A stretch of 64,000 bases of DNA, from contig CAVVTA010000009.1 in assembly GCA_963751045.1 (NCBI GenBank), forward strand, positions 260,243-324,242. Reading direction: 5' to 3'. Shown here piece after piece: positions 16,805-27,846 of the stretch. Below the pieces are notes generated by a model. It was not told the origin of the DNA. It saw only the letters and a list, made by a program, of their open reading frames with translations, and ran no database searches. Each line of letters begins with the position of its first letter. Position 1 is the first letter of the stretch. The position numbers and the translations under genes are program-made. Source of the stretch: an uncultured Actinomycetota bacterium. Its GTDB lineage: Bacteria > Actinomycetota > Actinomycetes > Propionibacteriales > Propionibacteriaceae.

Positions 16805-18439
16805 GTGAGCAGCGAAGCGGTGCTCGATCGGGCGCGGGCGGCGTTCGTACGTCGGGATTGGACGCGGGCAAGTGCCGCGTTGCAGTCGCTCGCCGAGCAG
16901 GGCGAGCTTCCCGCCGCCGACAGCATGGCCCTTGCCACGGCCACCTACCTGACCGGAGACGTCGATGGCGCTGTCCGGGTCTGGCAGGCCGCCTACGCCG
17001 AACGGATCGGAGCCGCCGACGAGTTGGGTGCCGTCCGGGTCGCCTTCTGGCTCGCCTTGGCCTTCACCCTCCGGGGCGAACACGCCGTGGCCGGCGGCTG
17101 GGTCGCCCGCGCTCAGCGATTGCTCGAACGGGAACCGGACGATGTCGTCGAACGGGGTTATCTGCTGATCCACGAGTTCTACGGCCACCTCGGCCGTGGT
17201 GACTTCGGCCGGGCGGCCGCGACCGCCAGCCAGGTCGTCGACGTCGGCCGCCGGTTCGGCAACGCCGACCTGATCGCCCAGGGGCTGATGAGCAAGGGCC
17301 GAATGCTGATCTACGCCGGTCGGGTGGCCGAAGGCCTCGCGCTGCTCGACGAGGCGATGGTCGGTCTCTCGGCCGAGGAGGTCTCCCCGGTCTTTGCCGG
17401 GCTCGTCTACTGCGCGCTGATCGAGGCCTGCCAGGAATTGTCCGATTTCTCACGCGCCGCGGCCTGGACGCAGGCGCTCTCCGTCTGGTGTGACGGTCAG
17501 CCGGGCCTCGTTCCCTTCACCGGTCAATGCTCCGTGCACCGCGGACAAGTGCTGCGGTGGCGCGGGGCCTACGACGATGCCCTGGCCGAGTTCGCGAGGG
17601 CTGAACGCCGGTACGCCGCCGTCCGGCCCGCGACGGTGGCCGCTGGGCTCGCCTTCGCCGAGCGGGGAGAGGTACTCCGGATCCGTGGCGACTTCGATGC
17701 CGCCGCCGCGGCCTACACCCAGGCGGCTGCACTGGGACATGATCCGCAGCCGGGCTTGAGCCTGTTGTGGCTGGCCCAGGGTCGCACGGAGCCGGCCCTT
17801 GCGGCTGTCCGCCGGATGCTCGCCGAGACCCATGACCCCGTGGCCCGGTCAGGTCTGCTCCCCGCCGCCGTCGAGGTTCTCGTCGTGGCCGGGCAGTGGG
17901 ACGAGGCTGGCACGGCTGTCGAGGAGCTGGCCGCGCTCGCCACGGAGTTCGACTCGATTGCTCTTCAGGCGATGGCGGCCTACGCCGCCGCCACCTGTCA
18001 GCTCGGCTCGGGCGAGCCCGAGGACGCTGTCGGGGTCGCCCGCGACGCCTGTCGGCGGTGGCTCGCCCTCGATTGCCCGTACGAGGCTGCTCGGGCCCGG
18101 ATGGTGCTGGCTCGGGGCCTCCGCGCGCTGGACGATCGGGAGTCCGCCGGCGCTGAACTCTTCGCCGCCCGCACCGTTTTCGCCGAGCTGGGCGCCGAAC
18201 CCTCGGTGAGGGAGGCCGACCGCCTCATCGGGCGCCCGGCGCCGGGCGGACTCACCGAGCGGGAGATCGAGGTGCTCGGCCTCGTCGCCGAGGGCCGCAG
18301 CAACGCCGACATCGCCGGCTCGCTCTTCCTGAGCCACAAGACGGTCGCTCGCCACCTGAGCAACATCTTCACCAAACTCGACGTTTCGTCCCGAACCGCT
18401 GCCGTCACGTACGCCCATCGATACGGGCTGATTCCGTAG
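16805..18439 (+). CDS. LuxR-family transcriptional regulator with a large TPR-like N-terminal domain
   Basis: C-terminal HTH: LTEREIEVLGLVAEGRSNADIAGSLFLSHKTVARHLSNIFTKL. Start uncertain (16739 or the GTG at 16805). Confidence 0.8.
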   Translation: MSSEAVLDRARAAFVRRDWTRASAALQSLAEQGELPAADSMALATATYLTGDVDGAVRVWQAAYAERIGAADELGAVRVAFWLALAFTLRGEHAVAGGWVARAQRLLEREPDDVVERGYLLIHEFYGHLGRGDFGRAAATASQVVDVGRRFGNADLIAQGLMSKGRMLIYAGRVAEGLALLDEAMVGLSAEEVSPVFAGLVYCALIEACQELSDFSRAAAWTQALSVWCDGQPGLVPFTGQCSVHRGQVLRWRGAYDDALAEFARAERRYAAVRPATVAAGLAFAERGEVLRIRGDFDAAAAAYTQAAALGHDPQPGLSLLWLAQGRTEPALAAVRRMLAETHDPVARSGLLPAAVEVLVVAGQWDEAGTAVEELAALATEFDSIALQAMAAYAAATCQLGSGEPEDAVGVARDACRRWLALDCPYEAARARMVLARGLRALDDRESAGAELFAARTVFAELGAEPSVREADRLIGRPAPGGLTEREIEVLGLVAEGRSNADIAGSLFLSHKTVARHLSNIFTKLDVSSRTAAVTYAHRYGLIP

Positions 18440-18453
18440 GCCACCGCGCCCAT

Positions 18454-18521
18454 CAGCTGCTCGGGTTCGTCGTTCCTGCTCGACTTGGAAATAGAGCAAG
18501 GAATACGAACTCGAGCAGCTG
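18454..18521. repeat. Long imperfect palindrome (REP-like); probable bidirectional terminator between convergent genes
   Basis: The arms are CAGCTGCTCGGGTTCGTCGTTCCTGCTC and GAGCAAGGAATACGAACTCGAGCAGCTG, around a 12-nt loop. The terminal motif CTCGAGCAGCTG is shared with elements at 24619-24679 and 40205-40272. Confidence 0.6.
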
Positions 18522-18526
18522 GCTGT

Positions 18527-20788
<2,262 letters not shown>

Positions 20789-20916
20789 TCGATGAACGTT
20801 AGCGTGAGGCCTGCCCCCTCGTCGGGCTGCCTTCACCCGTCGCTGTAATGTGCCCGCAACGTTTTACGCCGTAAACTTGCCGCAGAGGTTTTTCGCTCGG
20901 GAAGGAGCGCTGCTCT

Positions 20917-23136
20917 ATGCGGTTGGCCATCGTCTCGACCTACGCACCGAAGGCTTGCGGAATCGCGGTCTTCTCCGGTGATCTCCGTACCGCCATGCTG
21001 GCCGCCAACCGCGGCTGCCGCGTCGACATCGTGGCCATGCTGGACGAGACCGCTCCCGTCCCGACCGCGCCGGAGGTTCTCACCACCATCGCCCGCAACG
21101 ACCCGAGCAGCTACCGGGCCGCCGCAAAGGTCCTGGCCGACGAGGGCGTGGACGTGGTGGTCATCGAGCACGAATTCGGTCTGTTCGGCGGACCGGCCGG
21201 GGAGGCCGTGCTCGAATTCGCGGGAAGCCTCCGCCAGCCCCTGGTGGTCACCTTGCACACCGTGCTCTCCGAACCCTCGGAGGTCCAGTTGTCGGTGCTG
21301 CGCAGGCTCTGCGGCCACGCCGTCCTGACGACGGTTTTCACCCAGACCGCACGGCGGATGATCGTCGCTCAGGGCATCGCGCCCGCCGACCGGGTACGGG
21401 TCGTGCCGCACGGCGCCCCCGACATCCTGCTGGGAACGCCGGCGGGAGAGGAGCACCGCGACCGGACCGTACTGTCGACCTTCGGCCTCATCTCGGCCGG
21501 CAAGGGCATCGAGACCGCCATCGCCGCCCTGCCCAAGATCGTGGCCCTGCATCCTGAGGTGCTCTATCTGGTCGTGGGTCAGACGCACCCGGATGTCGTC
21601 CGGCACGACGGGGAGAGCTATCGGGACGGCCTGGCGCGGCTCGTGTCGGAACTGGATCTGGCTGACCACGTCCAATTCGTCGACCGCTTCGCCGATATCG
21701 CCGAGATCGCGCGCATGTTGGCCGGGACAGACATCTACTTGACGCCGTACCGGTCCCGCGAACAGATCGTTTCCGGCGCCCTCACCTTCGCGGTGGCGGC
21801 CGGTTGTCCGGTCGTGTCCACTCCGTACTTCTACGCGGAAGATCTGCTCGGGTCCGGCGCCGGTGTGCTGGTGCCCTTCGACGATTCCGATGCCTGGTCC
21901 TCGGCCGTGTTGGACCTCCTCGATGATCCGATTCGGCTGGCCGCCGCCCGGAGGGAATCGCGCCGGATCGGTTCCGGCCTGGCCTGGTCGCAGGTCGGCA
22001 TCGACACTCTGGAGGTGATCCGGGAGGCGTACGAGCTCGACGAGCCCGCGTACATCAATCGGACCGGCGCCTGGCCGGTGCCGCGGCTGGACCACCTGCG
22101 GACGCTGGTCGACGAGGTCGGCATCGCCGAGCATGCCACCGGTGCGGTGCCCAACCGTGCCGACGGCTACTGCACCGACGATGTCGCCCGGCTGGCCGTC
22201 GTTTCCTCCGGACTGCTGGAATCGGGAATCCTCGGTCACGACGGTGATCCGGAGTTGCGACGGATGCTCACCCGCGCGCTCGCGTTCTTGTCCCACGCGT
22301 ACGACCCGTCGACCGGCACGATGCACAATCGGCTGGGGTACGACCGGCGCTGGAGCGACATGCCGCACGACGGCGATCACCTCGGTCGTACGGTGTGGGC
22401 GCTCGGCACGGTGCTCGCCGATCAGACTGGTCCCGACTTGAGAACGGTGGCGACGAGACTGCTGACCGAGTTGTCGCCGATCCTGTCGACGTCCACATCG
22501 CCCCGGGCCGTGGCCTACGGTCTGATCGGGCTGGGTCTGCCGGACTCGGACCATCTGCCGGAGGCGGCCAACGCCCTGATCGAACCGCTGGCCGCTCGAC
22601 TTCTCGCGTGGTACGACGACACGAGCCGACCCGACTGGCCGTGGTTCGAGAAGTACCTGACCTACGACAACGCCCGGCTGCCGCAGGCGCTGCTGTTGGC
22701 CGGCCGGCGCACCAACCAACCCCGGTTCACCGAGGTCGGCCTTCGCTCCCTCGACTGGTTCGCCGACCAGTGTGATCTGGAGAGCCAGGCGGTGCGGCTG
22801 GTCGGCAATCGCTGGCGTTCTGTCGCCTTCGAGATCGGCAGCATCGAAGACGAAGGGGACGAGCAGCCGCTCGACGCCGCTGCGCTGACGGAGGCCTTGA
22901 TCACCGCGTACGAGGTCACGGGCGATCCCCGCCACGCCGAACGAGCCCAGTCGGCCTTCGGGTGGTTCATCGGTCGGAACCGGCTGGCACTGATGGTCTA
23001 CGACGAGCAGACCGGTGGCTGCCACGACGGGTTGGGGATCCAGACCATGAATCACAACCAGGGCGCCGAGTCCACACTCGCCTTCTTCCAGGGTTACCTG
23101 GCGGCGCGCCGCGCCCTGCCCGACCGCGATTCCTAG
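20917..23136 (+). CDS. Glycosyltransferase (GT4-like N-terminal half) fused to an approximately 350-aa C-terminal domain of unknown function
   Basis: The N-terminus MRLAIVSTYAPKACGIAVFSGDL...VVVIEHEFGLFGG is typical of GT4/GT-B mannosyltransferase-like enzymes. The C-terminal half (WPWFEKYLTYDNARLPQALL, NHNQGAESTLAFFQGYL) looks like a helical toroid. Confidence 0.7.
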   Translation: MRLAIVSTYAPKACGIAVFSGDLRTAMLAANRGCRVDIVAMLDETAPVPTAPEVLTTIARNDPSSYRAAAKVLADEGVDVVVIEHEFGLFGGPAGEAVLEFAGSLRQPLVVTLHTVLSEPSEVQLSVLRRLCGHAVLTTVFTQTARRMIVAQGIAPADRVRVVPHGAPDILLGTPAGEEHRDRTVLSTFGLISAGKGIETAIAALPKIVALHPEVLYLVVGQTHPDVVRHDGESYRDGLARLVSELDLADHVQFVDRFADIAEIARMLAGTDIYLTPYRSREQIVSGALTFAVAAGCPVVSTPYFYAEDLLGSGAGVLVPFDDSDAWSSAVLDLLDDPIRLAAARRESRRIGSGLAWSQVGIDTLEVIREAYELDEPAYINRTGAWPVPRLDHLRTLVDEVGIAEHATGAVPNRADGYCTDDVARLAVVSSGLLESGILGHDGDPELRRMLTRALAFLSHAYDPSTGTMHNRLGYDRRWSDMPHDGDHLGRTVWALGTVLADQTGPDLRTVATRLLTELSPILSTSTSPRAVAYGLIGLGLPDSDHLPEAANALIEPLAARLLAWYDDTSRPDWPWFEKYLTYDNARLPQALLLAGRRTNQPRFTEVGLRSLDWFADQCDLESQAVRLVGNRWRSVAFEIGSIEDEGDEQPLDAAALTEALITAYEVTGDPRHAERAQSAFGWFIGRNRLALMVYDEQTGGCHDGLGIQTMNHNQGAESTLAFFQGYLAARRALPDRDS

Positions 23137-23236
23137 CCGCTCGGCCACCGTGCGGCGCCGTCTCCGCCGCAGCGACACGCAGCCCGAAGCCGAAGATGTG
23201 ACGGATCGGCGCTGGGTACGGGCTAGTTTGGCGCCC

Positions 23237-24193
23237 ATGACGACGGTCCGGCGGGAGCATCGTCCGCTCTTCACCCGCCATCCGGCCAATCCGCTGCTGA
23301 CCCCGGCTCGATGGCCGTACCCGATCAACGCCGTGCTCAACGCCGGGGCTGCGGAGGTCGACGGTACTACCGTGTTGCTCTGTCGGGTCGAGGACCGGCG
23401 CGGCATCAGCCACCTCGCGGTGGCCCGGTCCAACGACGGGATCTCCAACTGGGTGGTGGACGACGAGCCGCTGCTGCAGCCGGATCCGGCCGCTCCGCAC
23501 GAGGAGTGGGGACTGGAGGATCCGCGGCTGACCTGGGTGCCGGAACTCGAGGCGTGGGCGATCGTCTACACCTCGTTCGGGCCGGGCGGACCGAGCATCT
23601 CCGTGGCCACGACCCGCGACTTCCGCACCGTCGACAAGCTGGGCATGGTGCGGGCGCCCGAGGACAAGAACGGTGCCCTGCTGCCGCGTCGGGTGAACGG
23701 TCGCTACATCCTGCTGCATCGACCGGTGACCGCGCTGACGGCCCGCGCCGACATCTGGCTCTCCCGGTCCACCGACCTGAAGTCCTGGAGCCCGCCCGAG
23801 CCGGTGCTCGAGGCCCGGCCCGGTGGCTGGTGGGACTCGGCGCGGGTCGGGGTAGGAGCTCCGCCGCTGGAGACCGAGACCGGCTGGTTGCTGGTCTACC
23901 ACGGAGTACGACAGACGGTGGCCGGCGCCCTCTACCGAGTCGGTCTGGCGATGCTCGACCTCGACGATCCGACCAAGGTGACCCACCGCTGTGCTGAATG
24001 GGTCCTCGGTCCGGCCGCAACGTACGAGCTGGTGGGCGACGTGCCCGGAGTCGTCTTTCCCTGCGGACTCATCCACGACGCCGAGACGGACGAACTGCGG
24101 CTCTACTACGGCGCCGCGGACACCTGCGTCGCCGTCGCCACCTCGACGCTGTCCAGCGTGCTGGACTACGTCCAGGAGTGCGCCCAACCCTGA
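23237..24193 (+). CDS. GH130-family glycoside phosphorylase / glycosidase-related protein
   Basis: FTRHPANPLL...NAGAAEVDGTTVLLCRVED...WGLEDPRLTW...YTSFG...EDKNGALLPRRVNGRYILLHRP. Trimmed to the ATG at 23237. Confidence 0.75.
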   Translation: MTTVRREHRPLFTRHPANPLLTPARWPYPINAVLNAGAAEVDGTTVLLCRVEDRRGISHLAVARSNDGISNWVVDDEPLLQPDPAAPHEEWGLEDPRLTWVPELEAWAIVYTSFGPGGPSISVATTRDFRTVDKLGMVRAPEDKNGALLPRRVNGRYILLHRPVTALTARADIWLSRSTDLKSWSPPEPVLEARPGGWWDSARVGVGAPPLETETGWLLVYHGVRQTVAGALYRVGLAMLDLDDPTKVTHRCAEWVLGPAATYELVGDVPGVVFPCGLIHDAETDELRLYYGAADTCVAVATSTLSSVLDYVQECAQP

Positions 24194-24198
24194 CTGTT

Positions 24199-24221
24199 CG
24201 CGAGAAGGAGCAGCTGGTCGC
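24199..24221. repeat. 23-nt direct repeat, copy 1 (CGCGAGAAGGAGCAGCTGGTCGC)
   Basis: Identical 23-mer occurs again at 24619-24641. Confidence 0.8.
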
Positions 24222-24618
24222 GATCTCCGCCTCGATGCGACCCCTCGGTGCGTTGCTGATTCGACAGACGATCAGACCGGTCCGCTCGAAGATCTCCTCG
24301 CGCGTTGTCTCCGCGGTGCGGCTCCCTGCCCCCGATGCCCGAGCGTACGCTCGGCGCGCCAGCTGACCCGTCGTATTCGAGTGCCGGGCCGGCCTCGACG
24401 TCGAGGAGGACGCAGAGAGAAGCCGGACGACGCGCGCTCCCAGCGCCGACTCGGAGCGCTCGGGGGGTTGCCCCCTGCGAGCCCCCTGCGCGAGGGGGTC
24501 GCGACGTTGGCCGGCTTGACCGCCTCCCGGCGCTCGTCGGCGAATCTCGACTCGCCGCTCAGCGTCGCCCGTAAAGACGTCTGCGGAACACTTTCCACAG
24601 ACTTGATGTGCCCGTCTA

Positions 24619-24679
24619 CGCGAGAAGGAGCAGCTGGTCGCTCAACGTACTTGTCCGCGACCAACTGCTCCCGCTCGTT
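24619..24679. repeat. 23-nt direct repeat copy 2 plus its imperfect inverted copy (hairpin, REP-like)
   Basis: CGCGAGAAGGAGCAGCTGGTCGC, a 15-nt loop, then GCGACCAACTGCTCCCGCTCG. It lies just 3' of the amylase stop. Confidence 0.65.
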
Positions 24680-24696
24680 GAGCTGAATCGGGCTCG

Positions 24697-26346
24697 TTAC
24701 ACCCGGTCGGTGCGATCGAACGCGACGGCTTCCAGCGCCGGCACGCTCACACTGGCTACGCCTCGGTCGTTGACCAGGATGGTCTCGCCGCCGATCGCGT
24801 CCCGGTACATACCCGGTGCCATCCCGGTCTGCACCCGGATCGTCTTGGCTTTGGCGCCGTTGTTGAACGCCGCCCAGCCGCGATTGCCCTTACTGAAGGC
24901 GATCACATTGAAGTCGTCGGTGTAGAAGTTGGCCCGCTTCGCCGATCCGACGTACTTGTGCCAGCCGATCATGGCCACGATGCCGCGGTCTCGATGGTCA
25001 CACGTCCACTGGCCGTTGCTGCAGTTCGTGTTGGTGATGCGTCCGTTGGCTCTCGAGGGTGGGGACTGGGTCTTCCCGGCCTTGTCCTCTTCCGTGGCGT
25101 TCGCGGGCGGATTCGCCGGCGGGCCCCAGGTGAAGCTCGAGTAGACCTGCGGAGAACCGTAGCCCTCAGCCAGCAGCCACTTGTTGGCCAGCTTGTAGCG
25201 CGCACCATCCTTGTAGGAGAGGTACGGGCCGTTCCGGTCGGTGTCGTGGTTGGTGACGAACGACATGGTGTCCTTGCTGGCGGTCAGGCCGGATTCGGTG
25301 CCGAACACCTCCAGGGTGGCCAAGCTGCCCTCCGCCTCAGTGGTGTAGGACTCGAACGCGTTCTTGATCTGCTCGGCTGCCGGCAGCCCCAAGACGTCGC
25401 CGGACCTGGTGAAGGCGTGCGGGGCGAGGATGCCGGGCCCACCCTGGAACACCTCGAGCGTCCAGTACGGCTTGAGCCCGTCTTTGGTCTTTTTCAGCCG
25501 CGAGTAGATCGCGTCGAGATCGTCCTGGCCGATGTGCTTGGCCGCGTCCACCCGGAAGCCGGAGACCCCGTAGCCGATCAGCTTGTTGAGGTAGGCCGCC
25601 AGCTCCCGCTGCACATCGGACTTGTCGGTGTCGAGGTCCTCCAAGCCGACCAGGTTGCACTTGAACACCTGGTTCTTGTTGTTGAAGTCCTGGATACCAC
25701 CGTCGGAGGAGGAGCACTCGTCGTTCGGGACGTGGAAGTCGTTCGGCACGTAGGGAACGTCGGGGTAGTTGTACGGCCTGTAGTCCTGACCGCCGTAGCT
25801 CGTATTGCCCTGACCCGTCATGTGATTGATCACCGCATCGACGTAGACCTTGACGCCCGCGGACCGGCACGCACGGACCATCCGGCGGAATTGACGCTCA
25901 CTCCCCATTCGGCTGGTCAGGTCGTAGGTCACCGGCTGATAGACCTCCCACCAGGGATGCAGCACCGCGTTGCTGCCGTTGCCGAGGGCGGTCCGCTTCA
26001 CCGAGTTCTGCGGCGGAGCGACCTGCACGCCGTCGTAGCCGCTGCGGGCCAGCCGCGGACACTCCCTGGTGATCGATCTCCAGTTCCACTCCCACAGACT
26101 GGCGGTCACGCCGGGCTCCTGGGATCGGAGACGCGTCGCGGCGGCGGCCGTGACGGGAGCAGCCTTGGGTGCTGCCGTGGGAAGGGTGGCCGGGCCGGCG
26201 TTCGGGCTGGGCGAGGGGGTCGGCGATATGGCGTCGGCGGCGATGGTCGGACTGAGGATCAGGCCGCCGGCCACCACGGCGGCCGAGGCCAGCGCGAGGG
26301 ATCGTCGAAGGCGAGGGGGGCGAGGGGGAAGGCGATCAGGGGACAT
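24697..26346 (-). CDS. Secreted alpha-amylase (GH13)
   Basis: GH13 conserved regions VYVDAVINH, GFRVDAAKHI, TLEVF and FVTNHDTDR. N-terminal signal peptide with RLRRSLALASAAVVAGG (possibly Tat). Start chosen at the ATG at 26346. Confidence 0.88.
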   Translation of the reverse strand: MSPDRLPPRPPRLRRSLALASAAVVAGGLILSPTIAADAISPTPSPSPNAGPATLPTAAPKAAPVTAAAATRLRSQEPGVTASLWEWNWRSITRECPRLARSGYDGVQVAPPQNSVKRTALGNGSNAVLHPWWEVYQPVTYDLTSRMGSERQFRRMVRACRSAGVKVYVDAVINHMTGQGNTSYGGQDYRPYNYPDVPYVPNDFHVPNDECSSSDGGIQDFNNKNQVFKCNLVGLEDLDTDKSDVQRELAAYLNKLIGYGVSGFRVDAAKHIGQDDLDAIYSRLKKTKDGLKPYWTLEVFQGGPGILAPHAFTRSGDVLGLPAAEQIKNAFESYTTEAEGSLATLEVFGTESGLTASKDTMSFVTNHDTDRNGPYLSYKDGARYKLANKWLLAEGYGSPQVYSSFTWGPPANPPANATEEDKAGKTQSPPSRANGRITNTNCSNGQWTCDHRDRGIVAMIGWHKYVGSAKRANFYTDDFNVIAFSKGNRGWAAFNNGAKAKTIRVQTGMAPGMYRDAIGGETILVNDRGVASVSVPALEAVAFDRTDRV

Positions 26347-26463
26347 CTCTCTCCGATGCTCTGGGTGCGCCTCGATGCGCACCGTGAGCATTCTCTGTGA
26401 TCGACATCCCGATCTGGGTGATCGACATCCCGATCTGTCAGGGGTGGTCCGGAACCGGTTCCG

Positions 26464-27780
26464 TCAAAGGCTTGCCGCGCGCCCGATCTGGACGAGTTTC
26501 CAGCCGGCCTCGCGCCAGGCCGGACCGGAGAGCTTCAGCCGTCCGTCGATGATGATCTTGTGCCGCACCAGCACGCCGAGCTGCTCGGGGTCCAGGTAAC
26601 GGAATTCGGGCCACTCGGTGAGGTGCAGGACGATGTCGGCACCGGTCACGGCCTCGACCACCGAGGACACCTGGACGAAGCCGTCGCGGCCCGGCAGCTG
26701 GGCCTGCGGGTCGTAGACGAAAACCTGCGCTCCTCGTGCGTGCAGTTGATCGGCCACCGTGAGGGCCGGCGAATTGCGGGTGTCATCGGTGCCCGGCTTG
26801 AAGGAGGCGCCCAGCACGGCGATCCGCTTGCCGGTGACGTCGCCGCCGGCCTGGGCAATGGTCAGTTCGGTCAGCTCGGCCCGCTGGCCGGCGTTGATCA
26901 TCTCCACCGCCGCGATCAGGTCGGTCAGCCGGTGCACGCCCAATTCATCGGCTCGTACGGCCAGGGCCCGGATGTCCTTCGGCAGGCAGCCGCCGCCGAA
27001 GCCCAGCCCGGCGTTGAGGAACTCCCGGCCGATCCGATGGTCGTAGCCGAGGGCGTCGGCGAGCAGGGTGACGTCGCCGCCCGCGGCCTGGCACATCTGG
27101 GCCATGGCGTTGATGAAGCTGATCTTGGTGGCCAGGAAGGCGTTGGCCGCGGTCTTGATCAACTCCGCGGTGGCCAGGTCGCAGCGGATCACCGGCGTCG
27201 CCTCACTCAGCGGCAGCGCGTACACCTTCTCCAGCCGAGACAGGGCCTTCGCGCTCTGGACACCGAAGACCAGCCGGTCCGGCTGCAGCGTGTCCGCCAC
27301 GGCGTAGCCCTCGCGCAGGAACTCAGGATTCCAGGCCACCTCGACCCCCTCACCCGCCGGCGCCCGCGCCCGGAGTCGATCTTGCAACGCCGCCGCGGTG
27401 CCGACCGGGACCGTGGACTTGCCCACCACGAGTGTGCGCCGCGTGAGCAGTGGAGCCAGGGTGTCGACCGCCGCGTGCAGTTGACTCAGGTCGGCGCCGC
27501 CGCCGGGCTGCATGGGAGTCCCGACGGCCAGGAAATGCACGTCGGCCCAGTCGGCGATCTTGGCGTAGTTGGTGCTGAACCGGAGTCGACCGCTGGCTGT
27601 GTGCTTCTCCAGCAGCGGCTCGAGACCCACTTCGTAGATCGGCGAACGGCCCGCCTTCAGGGTGGCGATCCGCTCGGCGTCGACGTCGACGCCGATCACC
27701 TTGTGGCCGAACTCGGCCATCCCCGCCGCGTGAGTGGCGCCCAGATAGTTGGTGCCGATCACACTGATCTTCAGCGTCAC
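26464..27780 (-). CDS. ugd: UDP-glucose 6-dehydrogenase (UDP-glucose/GDP-mannose dehydrogenase family)
   Basis: KISVIGTNYLGATHAAGMAEFGH Rossmann fold and the catalytic region GFGGGCLPKD. Confidence 0.88.
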   Translation of the reverse strand: MTLKISVIGTNYLGATHAAGMAEFGHKVIGVDVDAERIATLKAGRSPIYEVGLEPLLEKHTASGRLRFSTNYAKIADWADVHFLAVGTPMQPGGGADLSQLHAAVDTLAPLLTRRTLVVGKSTVPVGTAAALQDRLRARAPAGEGVEVAWNPEFLREGYAVADTLQPDRLVFGVQSAKALSRLEKVYALPLSEATPVIRCDLATAELIKTAANAFLATKISFINAMAQMCQAAGGDVTLLADALGYDHRIGREFLNAGLGFGGGCLPKDIRALAVRADELGVHRLTDLIAAVEMINAGQRAELTELTIAQAGGDVTGKRIAVLGASFKPGTDDTRNSPALTVADQLHARGAQVFVYDPQAQLPGRDGFVQVSSVVEAVTGADIVLHLTEWPEFRYLDPEQLGVLVRHKIIIDGRLKLSGPAWREAGWKLVQIGRAASL

Positions 27781-27846
27781 GCCGGTCAGTGTGCCATAGG
27801 GCGGGCGGCGTCCCGGTCCGTGTTCGAGAGATCAAGCCGTCCGGGA

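Noticed and set aside
20833-23448. Very long antisense ORFs. These include the 871-aa minus-strand ORF opposite the glycosyltransferase gene, and also 38971-40305, 40202-42292, 54228-56246, 56132-57895, 61548-63575, 26560-28260 and 46777-48480.
   Set aside because: Their translations are Arg/Gly/Pro/Asp-rich and low in complexity, with no recognisable motifs. They lie exactly opposite genes with clear family signatures. Long stop-free antisense frames are expected in very high-G+C DNA.
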